NCBI RefSeq assembly: GCF_009834535.1
Contig: NC_045707.1
Coordinates: 63,924,001-63,988,000, forward strand
DNA: 64,000 bases
Source of the DNA: Camelus ferus
Taxonomy: Eukaryota
Direction of reading: 5' to 3'
The notes beneath the pieces were generated by a model. It worked only from the letters and a program-made list of their open reading frames with translations, had not been told where the DNA came from and searched no databases. The translations under genes were made by a program, and so were the position numbers. Shown piece after piece: positions 1 to 11,499 of the stretch (its first letter is position 1; each line of letters opens with the position of its first letter).

Positions 1-74
1 ACATACCCTGGAAGGATATGTACTTGTTCAAACGATGATAACAACAACTTCAATAATGAGACAATTGCATATTT

Positions 75-280
75 ACTACATGCCAGGTATGGTTATGAGG
101 TTTTTTTTTAACACGTTTTTTCATAACCCTCAACACAACCCTGAGAAGTAGGAATTAGCATAGCCCCACTTTATTGGTGAGGAACGAAGCACAGAGTCTT
201 AAGTGACTTGCTGCAAGTCGCAGAGTGATCTCGGGAGCTGAGATTCAAACCCACGCAGATTGACTTCAGAGTCCCTGACC
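75..280 (-). mobile_element. MIR (others at about 4900-5070, 39590-39760, 44340-44480, 59695-59830)
   Basis: MIR core: gaggaac..gcacagag..taagtgacttgc..gattcaaaccc. Confidence 0.75.
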
Positions 281-319
281 TTTTGCACAGAACGTGCTTG
301 TAATTCTTAAGGTAAATAA

Positions 320-820
320 TGAGAGAGCCACTACACTAGACCCTGGGGATTAGGAGATGAAAAAGTTCTTGTCATTTTCAGGTAGGGGGTGGTCTATCTG
401 ACGGCAGTGCTGAGCGTTGAGTTCTGTTGCAGAGAAAATGCAAAGCACATCAGAGTTGAGTGGGCTCAAATATAGGAGATCTTGTTCCTATGGGGTGGAC
501 CGGGGCAAGTTAAGAGTGGGGAGGAGCCAATGGGTGACAGGACCAGAAGAAACCATGGCGCATGTGTCAGGGGACTGGGAACTGGTGGGTAAGAGATAAG
601 GGTGTTCCAGTTGGGATAAGATTTTGAAGGGCAGTGCTGGGAGTTTGGTTTTGGTCTTGAAGACCATAGGGGAATAACAGAAGATTTTTGAAGCAGGGAA
701 GTAACATGATTCAATTGCTACTTCAGAAAGATTCTCTTTGGAGAATGAGATAAATAGGTATAGACTGATGCTGGAAAGGCTGGTTAGGAGGCTGGTGATG
801 GTGAGCCAGGTGAGTGATCC
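320..820 (-). mobile_element. L2 relic
   Basis: Purine-rich L2 motifs such as ttgaagcagggaagtaacatgatt and gttaggaggct. Confidence 0.65.
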
Positions 821-1936
821 CACGGGTCTCTGGTGAAGAATATTTAAATCCTACTCTCCAAGCAAATTTCAATTACACAACGCAGTGTTACCAAATATAT
901 CAACGTTTTAAAAAAGAACTAACTTTTGGAAACAGCCAGAATGCCAACCTGGTGAATAAGGCAGGCAATAAAATTAGGTAATGTACTTTTTTTGTTTTAC
1001 ATTTATTTTAAAAAGTAAAAGAACTTCATAAGGTGATTTTAGACCAAAAGTAAGGAAAGAGCAACACAATTGAATTCAGATCATGATGGTTTTCAAAGTA
1101 AATTTCTGGGAGAAAGCGATTCTCAAAGGTGAATTTAAAATGTTTTGGGAAATGGTATTATTTTCCGAGGCTATAGTCTCTTAAATATTAAGAAAAACTT
1201 CAGGAAAGAAAGGCTTTTTTAACACTATACTGCAGTTTTAGCACTACATACTGCTATTCACCAAAATTACATTGCAATCCGGTTTCAGGATGGAAAAGTT
1301 TTAACTGTCACCAAGAAAAATTTGTTACCCATTTTTTTTTTAAACTTATGGTATTTTTCAACCATAAAATGGAATTTAATATTTACCAATCTTAGTCACC
1401 TGAACAACAGAAGCATTTTCCAAGACAATTGGGCTCCAACCTTAGTTTACGTGTTAAAATGTGGCTTCTCAGGCCCCACTCCAGAGACTAACGAGGTAGG
1501 TGAGAACCTGGGCCCGGCACTTTTTAGTCCCCTCCAGTGTGATGCCAAAGCACTTAGGGACACACATTGAAAAACTGACCAGGAAAGAAAAGCAGGCGGG
1601 AAGGACTGCAGCCACCCCACTTTTATAAGCAGCACGATTTCTGCCAATTCCGGGCTGTGAACAGAAGCCCCTTTTGTAGGCTAGTCAGCATGTCGGCCTC
1701 CTTCCTCTTTGTGGAAGTTCCATGTCTGCTGACTGGCAGAGAGCAGATGGCAAATTTACTGCTTTTGAACTTGTTCCTGGAAATGATCATGAGCAAGATA
1801 TTTGCCTTTCCATAGCAAATATATGTGCAAGGGCCCAACAATACACGTTTACAGTGAAAATAAAATAATAGAAGAAGACCTCAAAGAGAAGAAAAAGCGC
1901 CCTGTGTTGGTGAAGGTACTGGCGGGTGGTACTCAC

Positions 1937-2008
1937 AGAGACCGGAGGCTAAACAGCTTCTGGAAGGTGTCGGCTTTGATTTCACAGATTTCATTATGTC
2001 GTAGGTCT
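1937..2008 (-). CDS. LGR5: LGR5 exon 13 (72 nt): DLRHNEICEIKADTFQKLFSLRS
   Basis: Acceptor cag and donor gtgagt; manual translation. Confidence 0.96.
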
Positions 2009-2950
2009 CTGAAACGACAGTGTCCCAAAGGCTGATTGCAAAGGCACTGGTTTCAAAGATGAGTCTTCAGAGAACTTTTACAAAGGGGTTACCTGCCCTC
2101 AACCCCAGGAACACTTGAACTATGACTATCAAGTTACCATTCGAAACATTTCTTTTTGTTTATAAAAGAACATTACAATTTACACACAGAAATAAAAAAA
2201 AGCCTCCCGTTCAAGGCAGCTAGCTCCTTTGGGTGAATCTTAAAACTATGTTCCTAACACCAACATCATTCAGACACTTTGAGGATGCCTCTCCTGGCTC
2301 TGCCATCTGGCCCTTTCTTATGTTCCTTGAAGGTTTTCAGGAGCGTCAAGTCTCTACCTTTCAAAGATGGAATCCCCCCACCTCCCTTAATCGCTTTCGG
2401 CATTCAGAGAAAAACTAAGCCTGAAAGGGTAGATGCTCAATATTGTTTTGATCAAAACCAAAGCGTGATTATTGAGCAACGAGGCTGATGTTTTATGGAG
2501 GAGGGTTTTGAGAGAGGAATGCTACAACGCTTCCGGCATCAGCAGCATCGATGGCGCCTGAAACAGAACAAATAAGGCACCTCCTCTGAAGGTGACTGTC
2601 GCGAAGCAAACACACCCACGAACGCAAGCTTCCCCCTGTTCAGAAATAACGGCACTCATTGGATGTGGGAGCTTAGAAAAACTCCAAAGCTCAAACAAAC
2701 CCGGTTCATGACTACACCAGGTTAGGAAAAGAAAACCCATAATAAATGCTTTACGTATAGTACAAAGTCACATTATCTACGTTTCCCAGCCCCACAGCCG
2801 TCCTCCGCAGTCAGAGCTTGTGGGTATAAAATGGAACAGCACCGCGTGTCTCCCACTGAACCACAGGGTAAGCAAACCGGTGACCCCTGGAAATGTGGGT
2901 TTGGGCTCCCAGTTTTCGCGAGGTGACTTCAGAGGCTTTCGTGGACATAC

Positions 2951-3016
2951 ATTTTCTGAAGCTTTTGGCAGACTGAAAAACTGGGTAAATCTTCTAGCAA
3001 GTTGTAAGAGAGATCT
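2951..3016 (-). CDS. LGR5: LGR5 exon 12 (66 nt): DLSYNLLEDLPSFSVCQKLQK
   Basis: Acceptor cag and donor gtatgt; manual translation. Confidence 0.97.
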
Positions 3017-4071
3017 CTGAAAAACAGAAGGTACAAAAGGGAAAATCTGTTACATATTAGTTGTAAGGAAACACACTTTCCTTTCCTTTCCCCTCCAGGA
3101 TGATCTGTCTCCCAAAGGCAGACTCTGAACGTTTCCCCAGCCCTGACACGGAGCAGGTAGTCCCAGCATTATTGGATTAAGCAGTCGATTCAGACGTTTA
3201 CTGACATGTAACTGTTAGACTTCTTTAATTGCTTTAAATAATTTACTTAATGAATTTATTTATGTTTTGTTAGGGATGATCGACAATGTTCTAGCTATTA
3301 CCTTACAGAAATGAGTACAAATTAAATTAAATAATTGTGCCTTTTCTTCTAAGAGCTACTATGTTTCTACAGCTAAGAGAATCGTTTTTGGTTCTTTTAT
3401 AATCAACAGAAAAAAAAAAATCCCAACAATTCAAAACATAGCACTAATTTTAAAATCAATCATTACAAGGGGGAAAAAAAATCTAAGGAAGTCTTCAGCT
3501 AAAATGCAACAAATTACAGAATAACAAAAACATCTGGACGTATTTATAGTATAATATAACTAATCTAAAACAAGCCACGGTAATTTGCAGAAAGCTTAAA
3601 AAAAGAAAGCTGGTAGATAAAGTAACACAGATATATATAAAAAATTTTTGTCTCATGTTTTAAAAGTTATCAGCTAATCAACTAACTCATTTTCACGCCT
3701 GATTCTAATTCTTAAAACCAGATCACCACTATGCAACCGAAAAACCCCATATTGTTTTCTGAGACGATTTTAAATGATTTTATTCTTGTAATTGGTCACG
3801 TTATCTTACATTTATTGAATAAATGGAATTTATGTAGAAGAAATACAGTTTATTTACTACACATAAATTCAGATGATGCTGCTTGCAAACACCAATTTGT
3901 AGTTTATACTAGAGCTTTGAAAGATCAGACCAAACCAAAATCCAAAAAAACCCAAAAAACTGTACCCCAAACCTATGTACAAATATACCTAATTAACAAT
4001 ATGATGCGTATTTCTGGAAAGTAGTGAATGCGGTAAAATGGACACACATTATCAAAGCTGATGATAATTTG

Positions 4072-4174
4072 TAGGTTTATTTATTTATTTATTTTAATGG
4101 AGGTACTGGGGATTGAACCCAGGACCTCAGGCATGCTAATCTTGCACTCTACCAATTGAGTTATACCCTTCCCC
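4072..4174 (-). mobile_element. tRNA-Ala-derived SINE (camelid Vic-1-like), copy 1
   Basis: tRNA-like head and (TAAA)n tail; TSD ctgatRataatttg at 4058-4071 and 4175-4188. Confidence 0.88.
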
Positions 4175-6226
4175 CTGATAATAATTTGGTTCACTCATCT
4201 CCACAGGGGGCCAGTCCTTCCTGTAAAGCTTGTAGCAGAGGGTACATGAAACCTTCTTCTATGTAAAGACAGTGTCACCTCCTGCCTACCTTCGGCCCAA
4301 TGATTTTCATGGCTGACTTTGATCAAGTTCTTCTTATCTATAGACACCATGTTTACAGCTTGACCTGAATTATTTCATTTAGTGACCTTGCCTAAGGTCA
4401 CCAGCTAGTAGGCGGGAAAGCCACACTTCGTCAAGTCACCTCCACGAAGGAGAAGCAACTTGGAGGCAAAAGTCACTCAGCTACAGTGGCGTTTCCTCCT
4501 GTAACAGGTACTTGGTGGATGGTTCAGCCAGCAGAAGGGAGCTTTCACACCTGTACTTCCAGAAGCTCCAGAAGGCAGACTGGAGTAAAGGTCAGGGCCC
4601 TGGGTTCTACTTTTAACTTTAACTATTCTACTTGGTCGGTATGCTGGACAGAGCACTGATGTCTTTCTCAATTCTCTCCTTAAGCGAGAAGATACTTGCT
4701 TTATTGATTCTGCAGGATTGCTGTGAAGAATGAATCAACACTACAGGTTGGAAGGCTTTGCCAATGGTACTGCTATGAACGTAGTTGTTTCAGGCCACTC
4801 AAGGGTTCACCCCGAGGAAAGAACGATGGTGTAAAGGAAACCAGAAAGGCGATGGTGAGGGCTGACGTGTGGGAGAGTTTACAAAGCACCAGGTGCTGCT
4901 CTCAGTGTAGACACGTAGGAATTTACTTCATCCTCACAATGATCCCCTGAAGGAAGTGGCTACAACTCACGGAGCCCCGGAAGGGATAAATAACTTGCTC
5001 AAGATACTGTGATAGTGTTTAGGGAGACTGGATTTGAACTGGAAAAAGAGACCCCAGGGCCTGGGCTCTTATTCAGTTTGCCAGTGGGCTTCCTCGTATG
5101 CAGCTCTCCGCCCGGACGGTCTACCATTCACTGTGTGACATGGTGGGGACAGATGCGATTTAAATGCTGGTTCCCTGCTGATTAGTTACAGTGCGTGAAA
5201 TCCTGGTCACGTTACTGAGACAGTTTCCTTAAGAAATGAGGATAATTATGCTTATTCTGGGTGTGGTGGGCAGAATTCTAAGAGGGCTCCTAAGATTTCT
5301 CCCCCCAGTGTACACACGCCCTCTCTTAGTTATTCTATCAAACTGCCTGTATTTGAATGCGAACGCTCCTATTCTGGCTATTACGTGGTGTGACTGCAAC
5401 TCCGCATCACTGGTCTGAAAGTAACGCAGGGGCTGGGGATGCGGGAGGCCAGTCACTGAAGAATATTCCCTTCCTTCCCCTTCATCTTTGTAGAGCTTCT
5501 GGTCTGGCTACGAGGTAAAGCTTACGGCGGAATCCCAGGCATTCAACTGCCACAGAAGTCTTCTGTATGACAGCAGAGCCGTGGCAAGAGACGAAGGGTC
5601 CTTTGGTTACGTCCCAGTAAAAGGGCCTCGAGAGAGATGGCTGAACATGGAAGGTCAAAACAAGGCTCTTCAAATTCCTATAAACTACTTTTTGTAAAAC
5701 ATGGGAAGGGCAGAGGGAAAAAAGCCCCAAGTCAACAGAAGTAACATATGCTAGCTGTTTAGCCATTAGATGAAACATTAGAACGTGGCACCCACAATTA
5801 TACCGGAAGAATGTTGTTTGCCTTTATCAAGGTTTGTGTGGGTCTGATAATTTTATTTTGGCATCCGTATGGGTTTTTTGATCCATGATGTTTTTGTTTT
5901 TTTGTTCTGTGTTTTTCTCTGCCCCACAGAACCTTTAGAGGGGGAAATGAAGTTACCTTGGCTTGTTCATATCCATTTTCTGAAAGGAAATGTGTGCCAA
6001 CTGAAATTCTAATGGGAGACTGTTTGGGACTTGGAAACAAGGGGTGTACTGCCATTATTACCAGGGTCACATCCAAGAGCCAGTTCCCTGGCCCAAAGGG
6101 ACAAAGGAGTCCTGACCTCCTGAAGACCTGCAAGGAAAGAACTTTCTCCCCTTTTAAAGGATTATTGAAATAATGGCTGTCATTTCACCTCTGTTTACAC
6201 AACATTATTGCCTCACTCATACGCAC

Positions 6227-6298
6227 AGCACTTGGAGATTAGGTAACTGATCGCAGACGGTTGGAGGAAGAGATGAGATCTGTGCGCCAGTTAAAGTC
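6227..6298 (-). CDS. LGR5: LGR5 exon 11 (72 nt): TLTGAQISSLPPTVCDQLPNLQV
   Basis: Acceptor cag and donor gtgcgt; manual translation. Confidence 0.96.
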
Positions 6299-6430
6299 CT
6301 GTTGAAACACAAACCAGACATCATTCTTTTATTCAGGCATCACCCGGTGACATATTTTGATTTACTGATGTTAAGGCTGGCCAGGCTTTAAGGGTAGTGC
6401 TCAAAGTCAAGAGCCTTCTCAAGTACTTAC

Positions 6431-6499
6431 AGACTCTCCAGGCTCGCAGTTCCAGTTAAATCAGGAAATTCAGTGATTTGTGAAGCACCATTCAAAGTC
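6431..6499 (-). CDS. LGR5: LGR5 exon 10 (69 nt): TLNGASQITEFPDLTGTASLES
   Basis: Acceptor cag and donor gtaagt; followed by a 132-nt intron. Confidence 0.97.
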
Positions 6500-6648
6500 C
6501 TGGGAGGAGAGGGACGTGAGTGTTCTTGGGAGAAGAGTCTAGAAAGGGTTTATTTTTATGGCCATTTCAGAGCGGTTGAAAATGTTCATTTGATCTTCAC
6601 AGCAACCTTGCAATGGGAAAGTGGTCCGTAAGAGAAAGAAAAACTTAC

Positions 6649-6720
6649 AGTGTTCTTAGTTCAGGTAAATGTTGAAAAGCAGATCTCCCAACAAGCTGGA
6701 TGGGGTTGTCATAGAAGTGT
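6649..6720 (-). CDS. LGR5: LGR5 exon 9 (72 nt): [23 protein letters not shown]
   Basis: Acceptor cag and donor gtaagt; followed by a 149-nt intron. Confidence 0.97.
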
Positions 6721-7989
6721 CTGGGGGGAGAAAGAGAAATCCAAACACCAGTGTCTTAGAATAAAACTTGAATGACCAATGAATACTTGTTCAAGATTTC
6801 AACAAATACTTGAAATGAATTTATGTTAATTTGGATTGTACTATATTACATAACAGTCCTGATTACTTGGTTTGGGGCAAACCTGAAAAGCGTTTTAACT
6901 CACATTATTTTGGTAAGAAATTCATACGATGTAAAACTGAAAACTGTTGACAGCAAGGAAGATAAAAATGTTAGCTACTAAGGAGAAAGAAAAGCAAGTG
7001 AACTGATTGTAGTTATACTTAGAAATCTTCCTCTGCCTCCAACATCTGTGGAATATTCACTGAGTGGCTAAAGGTAATTCAAGGTGCTGGCAATTCCATC
7101 ATTAGCTAAAGAAAGATAAAGTTCTGTGCATTTACATGAGGATATATCCTCTGGTCAAATCTTTCAACATATACCTTATAACCTTCAAATTATTTGAGAG
7201 GAAATTTGCTACTCTGGGTTTTTGTAACATCAGAAAATTTTAAAAATTAATTATTGCTCTAAAAGGTAAGACATCATTAGAATTTGAAAAATATTTTGTT
7301 TTCCAGATGTTTGTAATGGAATGGCATTTGAGCTTCCTGGAAGTGGAGTCCCCGCAAAGAGTTCTTAGCCGAGACACCGTTCTAGTTCAACTAAATTCAA
7401 CAAATATTTATTGGTGTCTATTATGCTCAAAGTATGAGGGTACGTGCTGCTTGCATTTAAAGACTGATTTATTAAGGAAGCTGTGGTTGGGTATCTACTA
7501 TGTGCGTGGCATTACGCTGGATGCAGGGGATTTGAAGACGAATGATAAGGTATCCCTGCCCTAAAGAAGCTTGGACTTAGTTGGGATAAAACCAATAAAT
7601 AAGAGGATATTACTTTCTGGTTGACAAAGCCTTTCACATACAGAGCTGAGCTGATCCACCCGACAACTTTATGAGATCCACAGTGTGGACACATAGACAC
7701 TACTTCCCCCATTTTGGGAGGAAGAAGCTGAGGCTCAGATACTCTGGAAAGTTCATTACCTCCCAGAGTTTCAACTTCCTAACTTGTTAAACCGACGTAG
7801 TAATACCGAGGTGTAGGGTCTGTCTACACAGTGAAGGAGCTAAGGCGTGTGTCACAGCTCGCACAGTGCCCAGGATACAGCTGTCACTCAACAAACCGAA
7901 ATCCCCTCTGTGGTCCTACCCTCAGACCTCTTTTTTTCCCTTGGATTAAACAATTAGTAAGAGAAAGAACTAGAGCAGGAATATAGGTC

Positions 7990-8262
7990 TTGAAGTATAG
8001 TTGGTTTCCAATGTTGTGTTAATTTCTGGTGTACAGCATAGTGTTTCAGTCATACATATATATATATATATATATATACATATATATTCCTTTTCCTAGT
8101 CTTTTTCATTATTACACGATATTGGATATAGTTCCTTGTGCTATACAGTAGGACCTTGTTCTTTATTCTGTATACAGTAGTTAGTACCTGCAAATCCTGA
8201 ACTCCCAAATTATCCCCCATCCCTCTCCCCACCGTAGCCATAAGTTTGTTTTCTATGTCTGT
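7990..8262 (-). mobile_element. L1 3'-UTR fragment with internal (TA)n
   Basis: Similar to the 3' ends at 21.5, 26 and 62.5 kb (ttgaagtatagttg...gtacagcatagtg). Confidence 0.85.
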
Positions 8263-9966
8263 AAGTCTTATGATTTAAAATGGAGTTTCCCTCAAAATAT
8301 GATATTAGCCCTGATCTACACTATAGGCTTGTTTGCATGTAATTGCGTTCAGGTACGTGTGTGTGTCGGTCTGTATGTCAGTACACGGGGTGGCTAAGAA
8401 TACGCGTGTTTGTGTCTATAAGGCAGGAGTATCGAACATAAAGAAGGAGCTATAGGGTTCTCAGGACGGAGTTCTCTCGTGCGTTAAGGAGAACTTCATG
8501 AAAATGTCATTTGAAGTGGACTCTGGAAAACAAAATTTCAACATGCGCAGTGAGGGGATGGTGTCACAGGAGCAAAGGAAATGAAGGAGAGCTTGGCTCG
8601 GTGACTGTGGTTTAGTTGGTCTGGGTTATGGCATCGGGTAACTGGGGACGGGCCAGCCACGTGGAAAGCTGAGAATGGGAGCTTAAGGAGTTGGCATTTA
8701 CCCTAAAAAGACAGTCCTGACTCTGTATTTTCACAGCAAGAGAATGACGGTATGGATGCTGTGCTTCCAGGGTGACGGCTCTGCCTGGCGGGAGAGGCGG
8801 GGAGGGGAGCCTTCGACTGGTAAAAATCTCAAGATAATGGCCAGCAGAGGGGCTGGCGGCAGAGGCGGGGAAAGAAGTTCTGGGTAGGATGGGGACTGGA
8901 GAGGCAGAAATGAGGCCTGGGTAGCCAATGGGACATGAGAGGCAAAAGAAATTGAGTCAGGGGGGTACAGGTAGGGGTGGCAATGACAAGAGATGGAAAT
9001 GGAGGCAGAAGCAAGGAGAGGAGTGTTTCCGGGGTAGAATGGCACCATCAAATAGAGGACAGAAGTGCTGACCAATCTTGGGGGCAGTTAGCCCTCTCAA
9101 GGGCTATTAACATATCAAAAGAGTGATTAAGAAAAACCAGTCCCGTGGCTTCAAGGAAAAAAGGGGCAAAGAAAGGCAGTGCTATCTGCCAGCTTCTCAG
9201 TATGTAAATACTCTCTAATGAGAACTAATGTTTATTGGCAATAAAACTTTGACACCCTTAGTTTGCCAACATGCTGTCAGAACATTTCAGAAATGATGAA
9301 TGGTATTCCCCCCCTCCTCAGTTGTCAGGGCTAATTGGGATTTCAGCTCATTTGTGACAAATGCTACATGGTTCCAGAAAGCTACATGGTACAAGTTGGT
9401 GCAGGACGAATAGATGCCAAGAAGTGCCCCAGAGTCCTGTTCAAAAGTCGTCCTTACTGTCCTCGCCCATTTTTGAGACCTCAGGCCAGTACTATGCCCC
9501 AAACCTGCCAGTGGTCTTTTAATTAAGAGCCAGCCTAATACTTAACATATTTTCATCTTCCTGTATCCCTACACGTGATCAATTTGCTGTTTGCTAAATG
9601 TGAAACATAGAATTAATATACATTGGACTTGTAACTCTGTCTTATGCCACTATGGCATATACATCCTCATATGCATCCTTCTAGAATTACATCCTAGTTT
9701 GTATAAATGTGACTTGATGTTTGGGCTTGAAAATGAATGGGTGTAGAGATTTGGCATAAATCAGTAGTCCCCTCTCCTCCCCTCTTTAATATTATTTCAG
9801 CATTCAGCTAAAACCTGGCCGAACATTGCCATATACACTTCTCTGTGTAGGTTCTTACACTGACTGAGACAAAAATGTGGCAAATATAGAACATTTGTTG
9901 TGTTATCTTTAAAAGTGCAATGCACGCTATATTTCAGGATAGAAAAATCAAAAAGAAACCACTTAC

Positions 9967-10038
9967 ATTGTAATAAGAGAAGGGTTGCCCACAAAGGCTT
10001 TCTCAGGTATTGACTTGATATTATTGCTATGAAATCCT
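9967..10038 (-). CDS. LGR5: LGR5 exon 8 (72 nt): GFHSNNIKSIPEKAFVGNPSLIT
   Basis: Acceptor tag and donor gtaagt; manual translation. Confidence 0.97.
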
Positions 10039-11430
10039 CTAGAAAGAGAGGAAAAAATAATTTATAGAAAATAATCTGGGTGGGGCTGTAAAATTATTTT
10101 ATAGTCCCTCCCTGCCCCTAGTGATAATCAGCATTTTTAGTACCTAGAGAATAAGGTTAAATTCCTTTATCCATTTTGAAACTTTTGTGCCCTCACCTAC
10201 TTTCTAGGAGAAAAAAAAAATATCACAAGCTGGTCATCTTGAAAGAGGAATCAAGAATCTGAAAATAAATATTGTGCTTAACAAGCTAATGTTACAGAGA
10301 GAAAAATCCATCTGTTAGCATCTAATAATAGAGCACCATCTTATAACAACTTGAGACGGAGGAAACCGTCTTTGGAGAGAGGATTATGATCGCTCCTCCT
10401 GACCTGATTTGAAACCGGGAAAAGAGAAAATTGAGTTACGCCGCAGTGAAGTAGAGATTTAAGTAATCTTCTTAGGAGGACAAAATTTCCTAGCTGAAAA
10501 AAGGTGCCCCAGCTCAGGGAGTCCGTAATAGCAAACTGATGCTCATCTGTCGGTGCTAATGTGTCCGACCGGCAGAGGGGCCGAGTCAGTGGTTTCGGGG
10601 TCCTGCGTGGGTCTGTGGCCAAATAAGGTGAGGGGCAGTCGCTGGGCTGCGTGGCCACAGCCAGGGATGGCTTCCCGGCTAAGCTGCACATGGGTTTCCT
10701 GAGGCAGAGCCCCGCAGCCGCTTTTTCTTGGAAACAAGCCTTGCTGTCTACCTCCTTTAGCTGTGTGCCTTGCTTCTCTCTGCCAAGAGAGTAGGCTCTT
10801 TGTTTATTTTCCTTTCCAAATGTTAGAACATTACATAGGTTATTCATTTTTTAGGTACAAAGAAAAGCTAATTAAATTATAATATACACAAAAGACCATA
10901 CATGCCACCTAATAGCTGAAGGTTAGCTTTACCATAATAAAATTGTGGGTTTCTTTAAAAACTAAATAAGATTTATGAAGCATTAAAAGAATATGAAATC
11001 ATGTATGTGAAAGCTTCTTGCATTAGCCTAGGCACATACATGGTATTCACCCAGCTCTAAACTTACGCAACCTAGAAAAGCTTATCTTTCGAAATGCTCA
11101 GAAAATATGAATTCCGATACAGTTCTCTACAAATCTATAAAGGATATAAATGTTGGGGGAATATGGCTTAGGAAAAGAGTATGGCTTAGAAAAAAAGGTA
11201 TCTTTTTTCTAATATAAGTATATGAGAGAAATTAATTATAAATTAAAAAAAGATTATCTGCTATTTATTGGTGATAGAATCCAATTAAAATATATTTTGG
11301 ATGTGCTTAATCATTATGTATACAACCTTTTAAATTTTTCTTAGTAAACCATATTATGTACAAGAGTCAAACCTATTCTAAAATAAATTCACAAAGAATG
11401 GCGTTCTCCCACTAAGTCTGTCCTACTTAC

Positions 11431-11499
11431 AGTTCTTTAAGGTTGGAGAGTGTCCTGATTGCAGTAGGAAATTCATCAAGATTATTATAATTCAAGTCT
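11431..11499 (-). CDS. LGR5: LGR5 exon 7 (69 nt): DLNYNNLDEFPTAIRTLSNLKE
   Basis: Acceptor cag and donor gtaagt; manual translation. Confidence 0.97.

Noticed and set aside
10341..10847. 168-aa ORF in intron 7 (also 13146..13604, 37309..37839, 53322..53753, 59860..60270)
   Set aside because: No recognisable domain or splice context. The lengths are plausible by chance in GC-richer or L2-derived intron sequence.
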